Virus record (IMG/VR): IMGVR_UViG_3300009071_000002 | Coordinates: 1-55,495 of that record | DNA length: 55,495 nucleotides | Source of the DNA: a virus | Taxonomy: Duplodnaviria; Caudoviricetes | Direction: 5' to 3' (one strand) | Part shown: piece by piece, positions 28,078-38,092 of the stretch | Layout: each line of letters begins with the position of its first letter | How positions within the stretch are numbered: position 1 is the first letter of the stretch | Made by a program: the position numbers and the translations under genes | The notes under the pieces: generated by a model | Database searches by the model: none | The model's input: the letters and a program-made list of their open reading frames with translations, nothing else | What the model was told of the DNA's origin: nothing

Positions 28078-30546
28078 TTACCTTGCTGTTGCGTATTTAA
28101 ATGGATTTTTTGCAAATGCTAAGTATATATACGTGTTACCATTTGTACCTAAATCTCCATCTGCATCTCGTATTTTAAAACCATTACTAAGCATATCTAT
28201 ATTATAATTACTTAACTCTGCACTTGCTGTATTTGCTTGAAGAGCAGTACTAGCAACATTAAAAGGAGAAGTTGCATTATCATGAAGATTCCATCCAGTT
28301 CCATCTGCATCTATACCTTTTATTAGTATAAATGCAGGTTTAAATCCTGTGTAGATAAATGCACCATCTACATTTCCATTGCCTTCGTATGATCCTGATT
28401 TAATATAGCCTTCTGTATCTGCAAAACAATAAGCAACATAATTTCTACCAGAACCATGTGTTTGAGTATAAGCACCTAAATAAACAAGAGTGCTTGATGG
28501 AGTTGTATTACCCCACATATTATCAGTACCGAAACCAGAAGTACTTTCTAAGAAACCATACTTTGTAGCAGCTGCACCTTTAGCATATACTGCCCAATTA
28601 TGAGTACCATTAGTTTGTTTAACTATTACAAAAGTTGGAGCAGAGCTTAAACCATGTCCAATAGTTGGTGTTCCATCTGTACCAGAATAAGTAGATATAG
28701 AGAATCCACCACTAGGATCAACTTGTTGTGTTACACTTATTGAACCTGAAGAATTTGTAGATGTTGTTCCACCATTTGCTCTCCAATTCCAAGAAACATA
28801 TGCTCTAGCATTTTGATTATAATATTGACCCATAGTATAACCATCAGTATCAAAAGAAGTTAAACCAGAAGAAGTTCCCTCTGCATTAGTATTATCAGAA
28901 TTTAATACTTTACTTGTTCCTCTACTACTATCAAATAACCCATGACTTTGACCACCACCTCTCCATTTAACCCATACCCAATCAGGTTGAAATCCTAAAC
29001 CAGTATAGCTATCTCCACCACTTGCAGTATAAGTTAAAGGATTAAACAATTTCTGTGGATAATCATCATCAGTTTGTGCAGGGTCTACTGCATCTGCTAT
29101 TGGGAGATTACCAGAACATAGTGCTAAAAATCCTGCTGGTACATCATATTTAAAATTGCCATAGCCTGTGTCATCTGCATTTCCACCTGCTGTTATAGCT
29201 CCTCCAAAAGTACCTTCTTGTCCACAGTTCATTACTATTTCTGCAACAGGATTAGCCCAAGAAAGAGTAAAAGGAAATTTATGATCTGTATAATTTGCAA
29301 TAGTCCAAGTTGCACTAGCATTTGCACCAGTAGCAGGGTTTCCTGTTCCAGAACCTATATCTCCCCATACACCATTAATACCCCACCAACACTTACCTGC
29401 ATCATTATCTATAGCACACATTATAACATCACCAGTAGTAGGAGCACCTTGATTAGTAAATGAAGCATGAGCAACTTGTGGATCACCTACTCCAGTATTT
29501 CCAAAGTTAGTAATATAAACATTATTACCAGTAAAATAACCCATATATTGCATATTACCTGCATAGCCATTATCACCAGTAAAATTAGTTAGACCATCTC
29601 CATGATGCCACCCTACAGACCATGAAGGATAACCTGCAGCTTTAATATACCATTCTATATACCATTTACCAGTTTTAACACCCATGTTTCCTATAATTTG
29701 ATGATATTTATCATTAGTTGTTGATTCTACCTGAAGATTACCTTCACTTAAAGCCATTAATTTTTGTGCAGTACCTTGTTCTTGTAAAGGATTATAAGTA
29801 CAAAAATTACCACCATTAGAACTAGAGTTGAAGGTTGGAGTATCTAGCATTTGATCGTGTGTTGCTAATGAATTATTTGTCCAATCATTATTGTTTCCAC
29901 TTACATCATTGCCAGGATCACTTGCTGAAGCAAAATCTAAATGGTATCCTTGAGAACCAAAGGTTAATCCTGAAACATCTTTGGGAATCCACACTCCATT
30001 TTTTGTTTCAGCAAAATCATCTGGATCATGTGCAGTTCCATCAATAAAAACTACCTCTGCCATATATCCAAGAAATCTACTAGATGTATCTGTAGAATTA
30101 TCAATTCCTATTCTATGTTGTACAGTATTACTCATAGCAGTATTACCAGAAACAGAATAAGAAGAAGCTAAAGTGCCATTAACATATTGATAAGAAGTAC
30201 CACCTGTTAATTTCCATACTACATGTTGCCATGCTGATGTATCACGATATAATGCTGTACTAGCATTAAAATTAGCATTTGCTGATGAAGCACTTAATTT
30301 ATTATCATACCAATACATTCTAATTCTACTATCTTGATCACCACCTGAACCTGCATCTAGTATATGCATATATACGTTTTGAGTTTTTTTAACCCAACAA
30401 CTAAAAGTCCATGTCTGCCTATTACCTGCACTACTAGGAGTTCTTTGTAAATATCCAGAATCAAATCTAAAACTATTAGCTATTTGATGGGTATAGAAAT
30501 CACCACCACCTGCTAGGGGTGCCTGCCATAATTCACTATTTAACAT
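28078..30546 (-). CDS. Tail fibre / receptor-binding protein with ConA-like lectin (LamG) and SPRY-like domains
   Basis: TWTFSCWVK, WQHVV, LSEGNL, TGKWYIEW and GFQPDWVWVK motifs. Confidence 0.8.
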   Translation of the reverse strand: MLNSELWQAPLAGGGDFYTHQIANSFRFDSGYLQRTPSSAGNRQTWTFSCWVKKTQNVYMHILDAGSGGDQDSRIRMYWYDNKLSASSANANFNASTALYRDTSAWQHVVWKLTGGTSYQYVNGTLASSYSVSGNTAMSNTVQHRIGIDNSTDTSSRFLGYMAEVVFIDGTAHDPDDFAETKNGVWIPKDVSGLTFGSQGYHLDFASASDPGNDVSGNNNDWTNNSLATHDQMLDTPTFNSSSNGGNFCTYNPLQEQGTAQKLMALSEGNLQVESTTNDKYHQIIGNMGVKTGKWYIEWYIKAAGYPSWSVGWHHGDGLTNFTGDNGYAGNMQYMGYFTGNNVYITNFGNTGVGDPQVAHASFTNQGAPTTGDVIMCAIDNDAGKCWWGINGVWGDIGSGTGNPATGANASATWTIANYTDHKFPFTLSWANPVAEIVMNCGQEGTFGGAITAGGNADDTGYGNFKYDVPAGFLALCSGNLPIADAVDPAQTDDDYPQKLFNPLTYTASGGDSYTGLGFQPDWVWVKWRGGGQSHGLFDSSRGTSKVLNSDNTNAEGTSSGLTSFDTDGYTMGQYYNQNARAYVSWNWRANGGTTSTNSSGSISVTQQVDPSGGFSISTYSGTDGTPTIGHGLSSAPTFVIVKQTNGTHNWAVYAKGAAATKYGFLESTSGFGTDNMWGNTTPSSTLVYLGAYTQTHGSGRNYVAYCFADTEGYIKSGSYEGNGNVDGAFIYTGFKPAFILIKGIDADGTGWNLHDNATSPFNVASTALQANTASAELSNYNIDMLSNGFKIRDADGDLGTNGNTYIYLAFAKNPFKYATAR

Positions 30547-30554
30547 ATATTATC

Positions 30555-33164
30555 CTATCCAAATGCAATTTGTGCTGCTCCTAATTTAATAGAATTTGCT
30601 GCTGATACAAAATAAGGTATCACATCAATTGAGTTTGCTGCTGTACTAATCGTCAATGCAGCTGCTGCCGGAGTTTCATAGTCTGTTCCTGTACTTAAAG
30701 TTCTACTACCAGTGCCATCTTGAATAAATACTATAATACCAGACTGTCCTACTGCTTCTGTAGAAGGGTTTACTAAAGTTACATTACCTGTTGCTGTAAG
30801 CACAAAGTTTTGATTTGCGTTAAAATCTAATGTTACATTACCAGTTTGTGATCCTGCTGTCAAGGTCTTTCCACGAGCAGCAGCACCAAAGGTTGATACT
30901 AAGTTTTCATCTATGGATATTGCTGGGGTTGTTCCTAGTGCAGAACCTAAGCCTATCACAAGGTCATCGGCAGAGTCATCTAATCCTATATAGAAGTCTT
31001 GAGCATTGCCGTCAAACACAATCTTTGCATCCTCTGCACCAGCATCTCCAATTGTTAATGTTGGAGTACCTCCAGTTATAGTCACATCTCCGTCTATTGT
31101 CAATAGGCTATCGGCTACAGTAATCAGATCTGTATCATCGGTGTGGCCTATTGTTGTTCCGTTGATTAAAACATTATCAATATCTAGTGAACCACCAGAG
31201 ATAAGTCCTGTAGTTGTAATTGTAGAAGAGCCAGTGTCTATAGTTCCAAACCCAGAAGTAATTGAACCAGAATTTAGTGCACCTGTTGTAACGATACCTG
31301 ATCCACCAGCTATTGGACTCAATACAGAAGCTATTGCTGTACCATTAATTGTTATAACGTCAGCTTCTAACGTGCCATCTATATCAACATTCCCAGAGAT
31401 ATCTAATTCTGTAGCAATAATTTTATCGTTAAAAGTTGCAGCTCCAGCAGCACTACCATCTATTGTTAAGAATGTTGTGTCAGCACCTCCGTCTGTTCCT
31501 TTAAATACAATATCACTGTCATTAGCTGCAGCATCTATAACTATGTTACCAGAAGATGTTGTAAGAGTTACAGCTGCATCCCCAGCAGCTATGTCATCGG
31601 CAGCTACACTAGATCCTATGTATGTTTTAATTCTAGAAGCTGCAACTTTTCTATTTGTACCACCAGCAGCATCATCAATAATAAATAAATCTGCATCGGC
31701 TATGTCTGCCCCTATGTCCGTACCACCGTCTATATCTATGGCAGCAAGTGGTAAAGTTCCTGTATCTCCAGAACCTATTAAGTTACCTGTTGCTGTAGGC
31801 AATGTTAACACTGCTGAACTACCTGCAGAATGTGCAGGTCCTTTTAGCTGTACACCATGTGAGTTGTTTTCACAGTTAAACTGGATTGTACCCGGATTGG
31901 TATTACCCAATACAGATACATGTCCTGTACCTTTGGCAGTCAAATTAAGATCTATATTAGAATCATCACCTGTTGCAGATAATAGTGGAGCACTACCAGA
32001 TGCAGCATTAGTTATATCAAATTGATTAACAGCAGAGCCAGTTGTTTGGAATATAATTTGTTCATTACCACTTTCGTCTGCAATAAAATGTGCATCGTCT
32101 ATTAATATGTTTTGAGAATTAGTGTCTAAGTTGCCACCTAATTGTGGGGATGTATCTTCTACTACGTTAGCTAAATCTCCACTTGAACCGGTGCCAGCAA
32201 TAACCGTAGCTCTTGTTATTTTTTTAAGACCACCACCGGATGCATCAACAGCTAAAAGAACATCACCAGATGCAGCAGTGCTAATTTCTGATAAATCTGT
32301 AACAGCTACAGGATTAAAGTTAGTTCCATCTGCAACAAGTATGTGCCCTGCAGTGTTTGTTCCCATAACAAGATCGTCACCAGTTATTGTAAGGTCTCCA
32401 CTTACAACTACGTTACCTGCTACTGTTAGTGAACCATCAGCTAAAGTCATTAAATCTGTATCGTCTGTGTGGCCTATTGTTGTTCCGTTGATTAGTACGT
32501 TGTCAATATCCAACGATCCACCGGAGATAAGCCCTGTAGTTGTAATAGTAGATGATCCTGTATCAATAGTTCCAAAACCCGAGGTAATAGAACCCGAGTT
32601 CAAAGCACCAGTTGTTACAATGCTAGAACTGCCGGCTATAGCACTATATATAGAACCAATGGCTGTACCACCTATTGTTATAGCATCGGCTTCCATTGTC
32701 CCATCTATGTCTGCATTACCAGATATATCTAATGTTGCAGCATCTAACTCACCGGATAGAGTAATGTTAGTTGCCCCTGTAATAGCACCATTTAAAGCAA
32801 CGGCACCGTTTATGTCTATGGTTGTGGCAGCTATTTGTATTTCTGTGTCGGCTACTATGTCAAGTTGCCCATCAGTAGAAGAGTTGATGTACAGACCAGT
32901 GTCTCTAAATTGTATTTTTTCATTAGTTGCTAAGAGTAAATCATCGGAGAACAAAAAGTAATCTTCATCTTCCATCCATGTAAGAACACCATCGTTGGTC
33001 TCTCCGTCAAATGTTAGTACAATGTCTGCACCTGCTGTACCTACTCCAAATGTTGGTGCAAGGAATGCTGCTGCTAATTGGTCAAATTCATTGTTTAAAT
33101 CAACTGCTTCAATAACACCCCCGTCTACTATTGCTGATGAACTCTGTCTAGTATAAACAGCCAT
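30555..33164 (-). CDS. Tail fibre protein with internal duplication
   Basis: N-terminal A.DLN.EF..L attachment motif; Gly/Thr/Asp-rich repeats; C-terminal QDGTGSRT. Confidence 0.8.
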   Translation of the reverse strand: MAVYTRQSSSAIVDGGVIEAVDLNNEFDQLAAAFLAPTFGVGTAGADIVLTFDGETNDGVLTWMEDEDYFLFSDDLLLATNEKIQFRDTGLYINSSTDGQLDIVADTEIQIAATTIDINGAVALNGAITGATNITLSGELDAATLDISGNADIDGTMEADAITIGGTAIGSIYSAIAGSSSIVTTGALNSGSITSGFGTIDTGSSTITTTGLISGGSLDIDNVLINGTTIGHTDDTDLMTLADGSLTVAGNVVVSGDLTITGDDLVMGTNTAGHILVADGTNFNPVAVTDLSEISTAASGDVLLAVDASGGGLKKITRATVIAGTGSSGDLANVVEDTSPQLGGNLDTNSQNILIDDAHFIADESGNEQIIFQTTGSAVNQFDITNAASGSAPLLSATGDDSNIDLNLTAKGTGHVSVLGNTNPGTIQFNCENNSHGVQLKGPAHSAGSSAVLTLPTATGNLIGSGDTGTLPLAAIDIDGGTDIGADIADADLFIIDDAAGGTNRKVAASRIKTYIGSSVAADDIAAGDAAVTLTTSSGNIVIDAAANDSDIVFKGTDGGADTTFLTIDGSAAGAATFNDKIIATELDISGNVDIDGTLEADVITINGTAIASVLSPIAGGSGIVTTGALNSGSITSGFGTIDTGSSTITTTGLISGGSLDIDNVLINGTTIGHTDDTDLITVADSLLTIDGDVTITGGTPTLTIGDAGAEDAKIVFDGNAQDFYIGLDDSADDLVIGLGSALGTTPAISIDENLVSTFGAAARGKTLTAGSQTGNVTLDFNANQNFVLTATGNVTLVNPSTEAVGQSGIIVFIQDGTGSRTLSTGTDYETPAAAALTISTAANSIDVIPYFVSAANSIKLGAAQIAFG

Positions 33165-34703
33165 TTATCTTCTCCCTCCCGGTGTAAATTCTAATTCAAA
33201 ACCTTTTATGGAAAAAGGAATGTTGTTACTTGTGTCTGTTATTTTTAATGCTACAGCAAAGCCTGAACCTTCTACAGCTTGTCGTGTTATTGGCAAGTCT
33301 CCTTGACCATATGCAGAAGTGCCAAATATGCCTGATCCAAAATTTGCCCCACCCCCTGAAGTAGTTAAAGAAAATACCGCAGGTTGAGGGGTGTTAATAT
33401 CATCATAATTATATTTTATAAACATGCTTGCATCTACAGCACCTTCGGGTTTCCAATTAAGGTTTACTTTTTGCATGTTTTTTCTAACACCCGGATCACC
33501 CATTGTTATATCTGGTGATCGGTATGTTGCGTCAATGTTACTAGAGTAACCGCCCCTTGTCCAAACATTACCTGAATCTTGTTGGTAGATGTACCCATCA
33601 TAACCACCATGTATAACTGTCTCTACGTTAGCTATATAGTCAGAATCACAGGATGATACTTTTAATCCTTTTATGTCAGCATACTCAAAACCCATTTGCT
33701 GTGCATTTGGATTCATCTTTATTGTTGCAATTATTCCTTTTTGTGAACCCTCAAAACCATCGGTAAGAGGGTAGAATATGCGATACTGAGACTTGTCTCG
33801 TATTACCAAAGAGGTAACATTATCGTAAGTGATATCATTGATTCTATCTTGGATTTGCTTAGAAACAGTTCCAAGCTCCACGTCACCAATTCTTGCTGTA
33901 CCAGCAATTGTTCTGATACCATCGGCAGATAAGAATATAATGTCACCACCTAACTCCTGTATTGAATGATTAGCTATTGAACCCACGTTCTTTGCTACCT
34001 CAGCAAGTTGAAAGTCACTTGAACTTGTTCCTGCTACTTTATATATTCTCCTTTGGCAAAATATAAATAATTCGTTACGGAAAACTTTTAGTCCTGTAAC
34101 TACGTCACCAACTTTTATTTCACCAGCACCTGTGTTAAAGTCATCTTCGGTAAATGGGCCAGAGAATATAACACTGTGTGTAGAGTTAGACATGCCACCG
34201 TAAAACATATGGTTGGCAAAAGATTTTACAAATTTAGGGTTGGTAGGGGCTGTGCCTCCACCTGTTGCATTTATTATATCTTCTGAAAAACTTGTATCTA
34301 GTGTAAAAGCTGCCGCTGCCCCTGTAGCAATTATTATTTTATCTGTGCCGTTGTAGTTATATTTATCAAAATCGTAAGTAAACGTAGTGCCTTTACTTGT
34401 AGCTCTACTTGTCCAACTACCAGTTGTTGTTCCAGTATATACTGTTCCACCCCTTGCTGCAACTATGATGTCATTGAATATTACAGACATTAACACTCTT
34501 TCGTCTGCATTTGCTACTTGGGGAACAATGTTTGTATTATATTTTGTAGTTCCGTTTAGTCTTCTATATCCACCAGTTATATCTGGCTCAAAATTAGACA
34601 GTTGTAATGCCTCACCGGGTTGCATGGTAAATACGTCTTTGTTAAGTACAAGACCCCCTGCACAACTGGCTGTAAATGGTTTTTGATATGAAGTATCAGG
34701 CAT
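33165..34703 (-). CDS. Tail tubular / nozzle (DNA stabilisation) protein
   Basis: GGL...N.EPD..GGYRR N-terminus, beta-propeller-like repeats, synteny. Confidence 0.7.
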   Translation of the reverse strand: MPDTSYQKPFTASCAGGLVLNKDVFTMQPGEALQLSNFEPDITGGYRRLNGTTKYNTNIVPQVANADERVLMSVIFNDIIVAARGGTVYTGTTTGSWTSRATSKGTTFTYDFDKYNYNGTDKIIIATGAAAAFTLDTSFSEDIINATGGGTAPTNPKFVKSFANHMFYGGMSNSTHSVIFSGPFTEDDFNTGAGEIKVGDVVTGLKVFRNELFIFCQRRIYKVAGTSSSDFQLAEVAKNVGSIANHSIQELGGDIIFLSADGIRTIAGTARIGDVELGTVSKQIQDRINDITYDNVTSLVIRDKSQYRIFYPLTDGFEGSQKGIIATIKMNPNAQQMGFEYADIKGLKVSSCDSDYIANVETVIHGGYDGYIYQQDSGNVWTRGGYSSNIDATYRSPDITMGDPGVRKNMQKVNLNWKPEGAVDASMFIKYNYDDINTPQPAVFSLTTSGGGANFGSGIFGTSAYGQGDLPITRQAVEGSGFAVALKITDTSNNIPFSIKGFELEFTPGGRR

Positions 34704-35805
34704 TCACATGTATCCTTGTATCTGTCATATATGCTTTAGTATTTATGTATTCTGTACGTATTATTTGCATTTGGTTGTTAAACTCTCCTAAAGCCATTTG
34801 TGCTGCTTGTGGATCGGATCGTAATATATATGCATAATATTTTGCTCTTGTAGTAATTACAGATTTAAACCTGTCGTCTAAATCCATAGTGTCCCCATGT
34901 GCAGATAAATCTGTGTGCACTTTCCAGTATTCATACTGTATTGCATAGTTGCTTTGATTTGGTACAGGGGATAGCCCAAACTTTTTATCTTGTGTAGCAT
35001 AGACGTAGTCAGGAACACCTAAAGAATCTTTAGAGTTAGTTAAGTCCCTTTCTAAAAAACTTTTATTCCAATCATCATAGGTTAGGTACCTTAATTTTTT
35101 TACAGGTATATCTTCGGATATTCGTATGTAATCTACATCCATATTTGTTGCTGTAGACGGATTGTTTACTGTAACAAATGTAGTCTGTGCTGTTGCTGTA
35201 AATGTAGTATCTAAAACATTGCCAGACCCAAAGTCAGACACAGTTAGTGTTGTGCTTAAATTAGTGGTGTCTTCAGCAGAAGTACCTACTTGTACTTTCA
35301 ATGCTTGCCCTGTACTGTTTGAATCAAAAACTCTTACCTGTATTCTATACGCCGTATTCTTTACTGTAGAAAATGATTGGTGAGCAGCATAGTCGTTTAA
35401 TCTTAATCTACCGTTTCCACCAGAGTTATATGCAGCACTTCCGGCACCTGCTATTGTTGTCCAGCTAGATATGTTAGAAGTAAATTCACCGTTTGTTAAC
35501 AGTTCGTTTGGTACAAGTCTAAATGTATCCCAATCCATTTTTCTATATGCAAGATCGCCACTTTGTGGTGAGGCTGAAGATGGTAGAGCATAAGTTCTTT
35601 GCCCAGCATTTGTAACTTGATGAGTAGATTTGTACAGATCTGGTATTTCGGATAGAGAATTATATACTTCATGCATAGCTTTTACTACAAATTTCTTTAC
35701 AGCAGTTTGTATTCCTCTACTACTAGAAAAGTTAGAGGATGTTAATTCTGATTCATTCAATTCGTTTAGTACGTTGTTTACTAATACTAGATATGTTGTT
35801 GCCAC
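34696..35805 (-). CDS. Tail adaptor (tubular protein A-like) with inserted carbohydrate-binding-like domain
   Basis: TYL.LVN.VL.ELNE N-terminus and G.P.Y...LSP.P C-terminus around a LLTNGEF...W beta-sandwich insert. Confidence 0.65.
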   Translation of the reverse strand: MATTYLVLVNNVLNELNESELTSSNFSSSRGIQTAVKKFVVKAMHEVYNSLSEIPDLYKSTHQVTNAGQRTYALPSSASPQSGDLAYRKMDWDTFRLVPNELLTNGEFTSNISSWTTIAGAGSAAYNSGGNGRLRLNDYAAHQSFSTVKNTAYRIQVRVFDSNSTGQALKVQVGTSAEDTTNLSTTLTVSDFGSGNVLDTTFTATAQTTFVTVNNPSTATNMDVDYIRISEDIPVKKLRYLTYDDWNKSFLERDLTNSKDSLGVPDYVYATQDKKFGLSPVPNQSNYAIQYEYWKVHTDLSAHGDTMDLDDRFKSVITTRAKYYAYILRSDPQAAQMALGEFNNQMQIIRTEYINTKAYMTDTRIHVNA

Positions 35806-35809
35806 TATT

Positions 35810-35986
35810 CTATCCCCATTGTTTTTTTGCTACAGTTTGTGCAGCTTTAGTAAGTTCTCCGTAGTGGTATAATCTTTTACTACTTTTGCTGTGTGTTTTA
35901 CCAGAATGTAATGTTCCATCAGACATTTTGTGCATGCCCCCTTTATGGACTTTACCTTGTTTAGTATAGTGATTTACACCTTTCAT
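35810..35986 (-). CDS. His/Lys-rich small protein (58 aa, not in ORF track)
   Basis: MKGVNHYTKQGKVHKGGMHKMSDGTLHSGKTHSKSSKRLYHYGELTKAAQTVAKKQWG read by hand; fills the gap exactly. Confidence 0.75.
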   Translation of the reverse strand: MKGVNHYTKQGKVHKGGMHKMSDGTLHSGKTHSKSSKRLYHYGELTKAAQTVAKKQWG

Positions 35987-36268
35987 CTAACAATTCCACT
36001 TTCTTAATGCCTTATTAATTCTTGATTTAGGATCATTTTTCTTTTTTGCCCCTGTTAATTTCTTTTTCATTCCACTCATTCTGGCACAAAAACTCTTTCT
36101 TCTACTTGCTGCCTTTGATCCTTTTTTTAATTTGGATGGCTTGGTTGTTACAGCTGTTTTTAATTTTGATCCGGGGTTAGCTTTTCTGTAGGAAGCTACT
36201 CCTTTTTTATTTAATCCGCCTGATTTAGATTTGCCTTCTTTTCTTTGCCATGCCGGTGTTCTAGCCAC
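35987..36268 (-). CDS. Conserved highly basic phage protein
   Basis: PAWQRKEGK..SGGLN.KG...RRKSFCARM.G...SRINKALRKWNC motif. Confidence 0.8.
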   Translation of the reverse strand: MARTPAWQRKEGKSKSGGLNKKGVASYRKANPGSKLKTAVTTKPSKLKKGSKAASRRKSFCARMSGMKKKLTGAKKKNDPKSRINKALRKWNC

Positions 36269-36271
36269 TAT

Positions 36272-36430
36272 CTAACCCTTAGCTCTTTTAGCTTTATTTT
36301 TTGCAGAATTTGGAAACCCTGCTTGCATATTTTTATAAGCTTTAGCTGAGATTGTGGATTTTTTCTTTGTGTTACTTGTTCCAGCTTTTTTCTTTGCGTT
36401 AATGTTTGCATACAAACCTCTTTTAGCCAT
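36272..36430 (-). CDS. Basic small protein (52 aa, not in ORF track)
   Basis: MAKRGLYANINAKKKAG... read by hand; fills the gap. Confidence 0.75.
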   Translation of the reverse strand: MAKRGLYANINAKKKAGTSNTKKKSTISAKAYKNMQAGFPNSAKNKAKRAKG

Positions 36431-36571
36431 TTAGTTATCCAATTTTTTTAAGATTAAATTTAATGTTTGTGTAATGGATTTTAAACGAATTTCCATTTCT
36501 TCTATTCTATCGTCTGCAGTTGTTTTAGGTTTATATATTTTTTGTGTAGATCTTACATCTATTGTTGCCAT
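36431..36571 (-). CDS. Small coiled-coil protein
   Basis: AAAGG RBS before MATIDV. Confidence 0.6.
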   Translation of the reverse strand: MATIDVRSTQKIYKPKTTADDRIEEMEIRLKSITQTLNLILKKLDN

Positions 36572-36589
36572 AGATTTTCCTTTACTTAA

Positions 36590-36620
36590 ATTGAGGGAGA
36601 AGAATAACCCCTCCCCCAAA
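36590..36620 (-). terminator. Possible terminator/hairpin after the capsid genes
   Basis: GGGGAGGGG...TTCTCCCTC stem on the minus strand; weak U-tract. Confidence 0.4.
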
Positions 36621-36631
36621 GTTGTTTAGTA

Positions 36632-37096
36632 CTAACTTACAGTATCATGTTGAGCGTCTGTATTTGTGTCAGTTTCAGAATTTCCTGAAACATCACACAG
36701 AACAGCAAACACTCTAATTTTACCAGCAGATGAATCTGCACCACCGATAAGTATGTCTAAAGTATCTGCAGATGCTGCTATATGTCTAGCAGTTGCAGTC
36801 AATGTACCATAACCTGTTGCGTTAGAGTCACCGTCAACATAAATGTCAACGTCTCCACCTGTAATACCCATATCCATAGTAGCAGAACTAGAAAGTGCAG
36901 TTATCACTTCTATTCCAGCTTCCATGATTAAAGTCTCTGCAGGTATGTCTAGTACTTGTAAAACGTCTGCATTGTCTGGTCCAGTGCCACCTCTAAGTTG
37001 AGATAAATCAATAGTATTCTCAACTAAATAAGGTACCCTTCCATTAGAAGGATGACCTGTTGTGCCACCGGCACCGGTTACATTTAATGTACCCAT
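36632..37096 (-). CDS. Probable capsid decoration protein
   Basis: Immediately after MCP, strong RBS, beta-rich small-residue composition. Confidence 0.55.
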   Translation of the reverse strand: MGTLNVTGAGGTTGHPSNGRVPYLVENTIDLSQLRGGTGPDNADVLQVLDIPAETLIMEAGIEVITALSSSATMDMGITGGDVDIYVDGDSNATGYGTLTATARHIAASADTLDILIGGADSSAGKIRVFAVLCDVSGNSETDTNTDAQHDTVS

Positions 37097-37117
37097 TTTA
37101 TATTAATCCTTTCTAAT

Positions 37118-38074
37118 TTATGTATTTAAATCCACTACACCAGTGAATACACCTTTGTAGCCATCACCTGAGCCACGAAGTACTTTACGACCAAATACGT
37201 GTAAACCACGAACTATGTCAGAGAAACTATCTGGATCACGTATTACTTCTGTTTTAGCAATATGTGAAGCAGTAGCTACTGCAGACATATGTCCAAACAA
37301 GACATCAGCTTCACCTGATGTTCCTGAAGGTCCAAATGTATTTGCTGCATCTGATCCTGTAGATCCAACAACCATAACATTAGTTTGATACAGAGTAAAA
37401 CCATGTATCTTTCTATCTGTTACTTGACCGTTGAATAAGTTGGATGGGCCTCCTGTTACAGAAGCATCCATAACTTTTGAGTCAGCCTGTCTTAATATTT
37501 CAAAGAACTGAGGACTGGCACAAAGCCAACGGTTTTCACCCGGAACGTCATTGTCGTCTAATACACGAGCTGCTGTACTAAGGTAGTTTGCTATTTCGTT
37601 ACCTGTATTACCAGATATAGCAGTACCTGCAACACCCAATGTGCCATCTATAGTAGCAGCACCATCGTTAATTGCGTTTAGTACGTTGAAGTCGTATGAT
37701 TTCTTCAGAGCATATGCACCTGAAGATGTTGCAAGAGCTTCCCAGTTTACGTGAGCTTGTCTTTCTTCTATATCGTCAACTTTAAACGCAAAGTAATTGC
37801 CTTGATCCACTGTTAGTGTGATTTGATCATCTGCAAGTGTTTGTGTGTTTATAGTTTGTCCACGACCATAAGAAGCCACAGTAACTGTTGGTTCTTTTAG
37901 TATGTTTACAGTATCACCGTAATTCTCAATTTCTCCGGTATAATCAGTATTTGTAATTGCTTCAGCAACCGATGCCCTACGGAAATATTTAAGAACTTTT
38001 TGACTGTAAATAGCAGGTGCCCAATTTCCAGAAGGTAAATTCTGGTAACCAGCTGCTGATCCCATTGTAGCCAT
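37118..38074 (-). CDS. Major capsid protein
   Basis: P.IYS.KV..F, ITNTDY.GEI...GDTV.I, FAFKVDDIE and F.DIVRGLHV.GRKV motifs. Confidence 0.9.
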   Translation of the reverse strand: MATMGSAAGYQNLPSGNWAPAIYSQKVLKYFRRASVAEAITNTDYTGEIENYGDTVNILKEPTVTVASYGRGQTINTQTLADDQITLTVDQGNYFAFKVDDIEERQAHVNWEALATSSGAYALKKSYDFNVLNAINDGAATIDGTLGVAGTAISGNTGNEIANYLSTAARVLDDNDVPGENRWLCASPQFFEILRQADSKVMDASVTGGPSNLFNGQVTDRKIHGFTLYQTNVMVVGSTGSDAANTFGPSGTSGEADVLFGHMSAVATASHIAKTEVIRDPDSFSDIVRGLHVFGRKVLRGSGDGYKGVFTGVVDLNT

Positions 38075-38092
38075 ATTAAGTTATCCTTAAAG

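Noticed and set aside
31006-32961. Long plus-strand ORFs (339 and 279 aa)
   Set aside because: Antisense shadows of the repetitive tail fibre gene; no RBS and implausible composition
28078-33164. Diversity-generating retroelement acting on the tail fibres
   Set aside because: No reverse transcriptase gene, and the fibre duplication shows synonymous rather than adenine-specific changes
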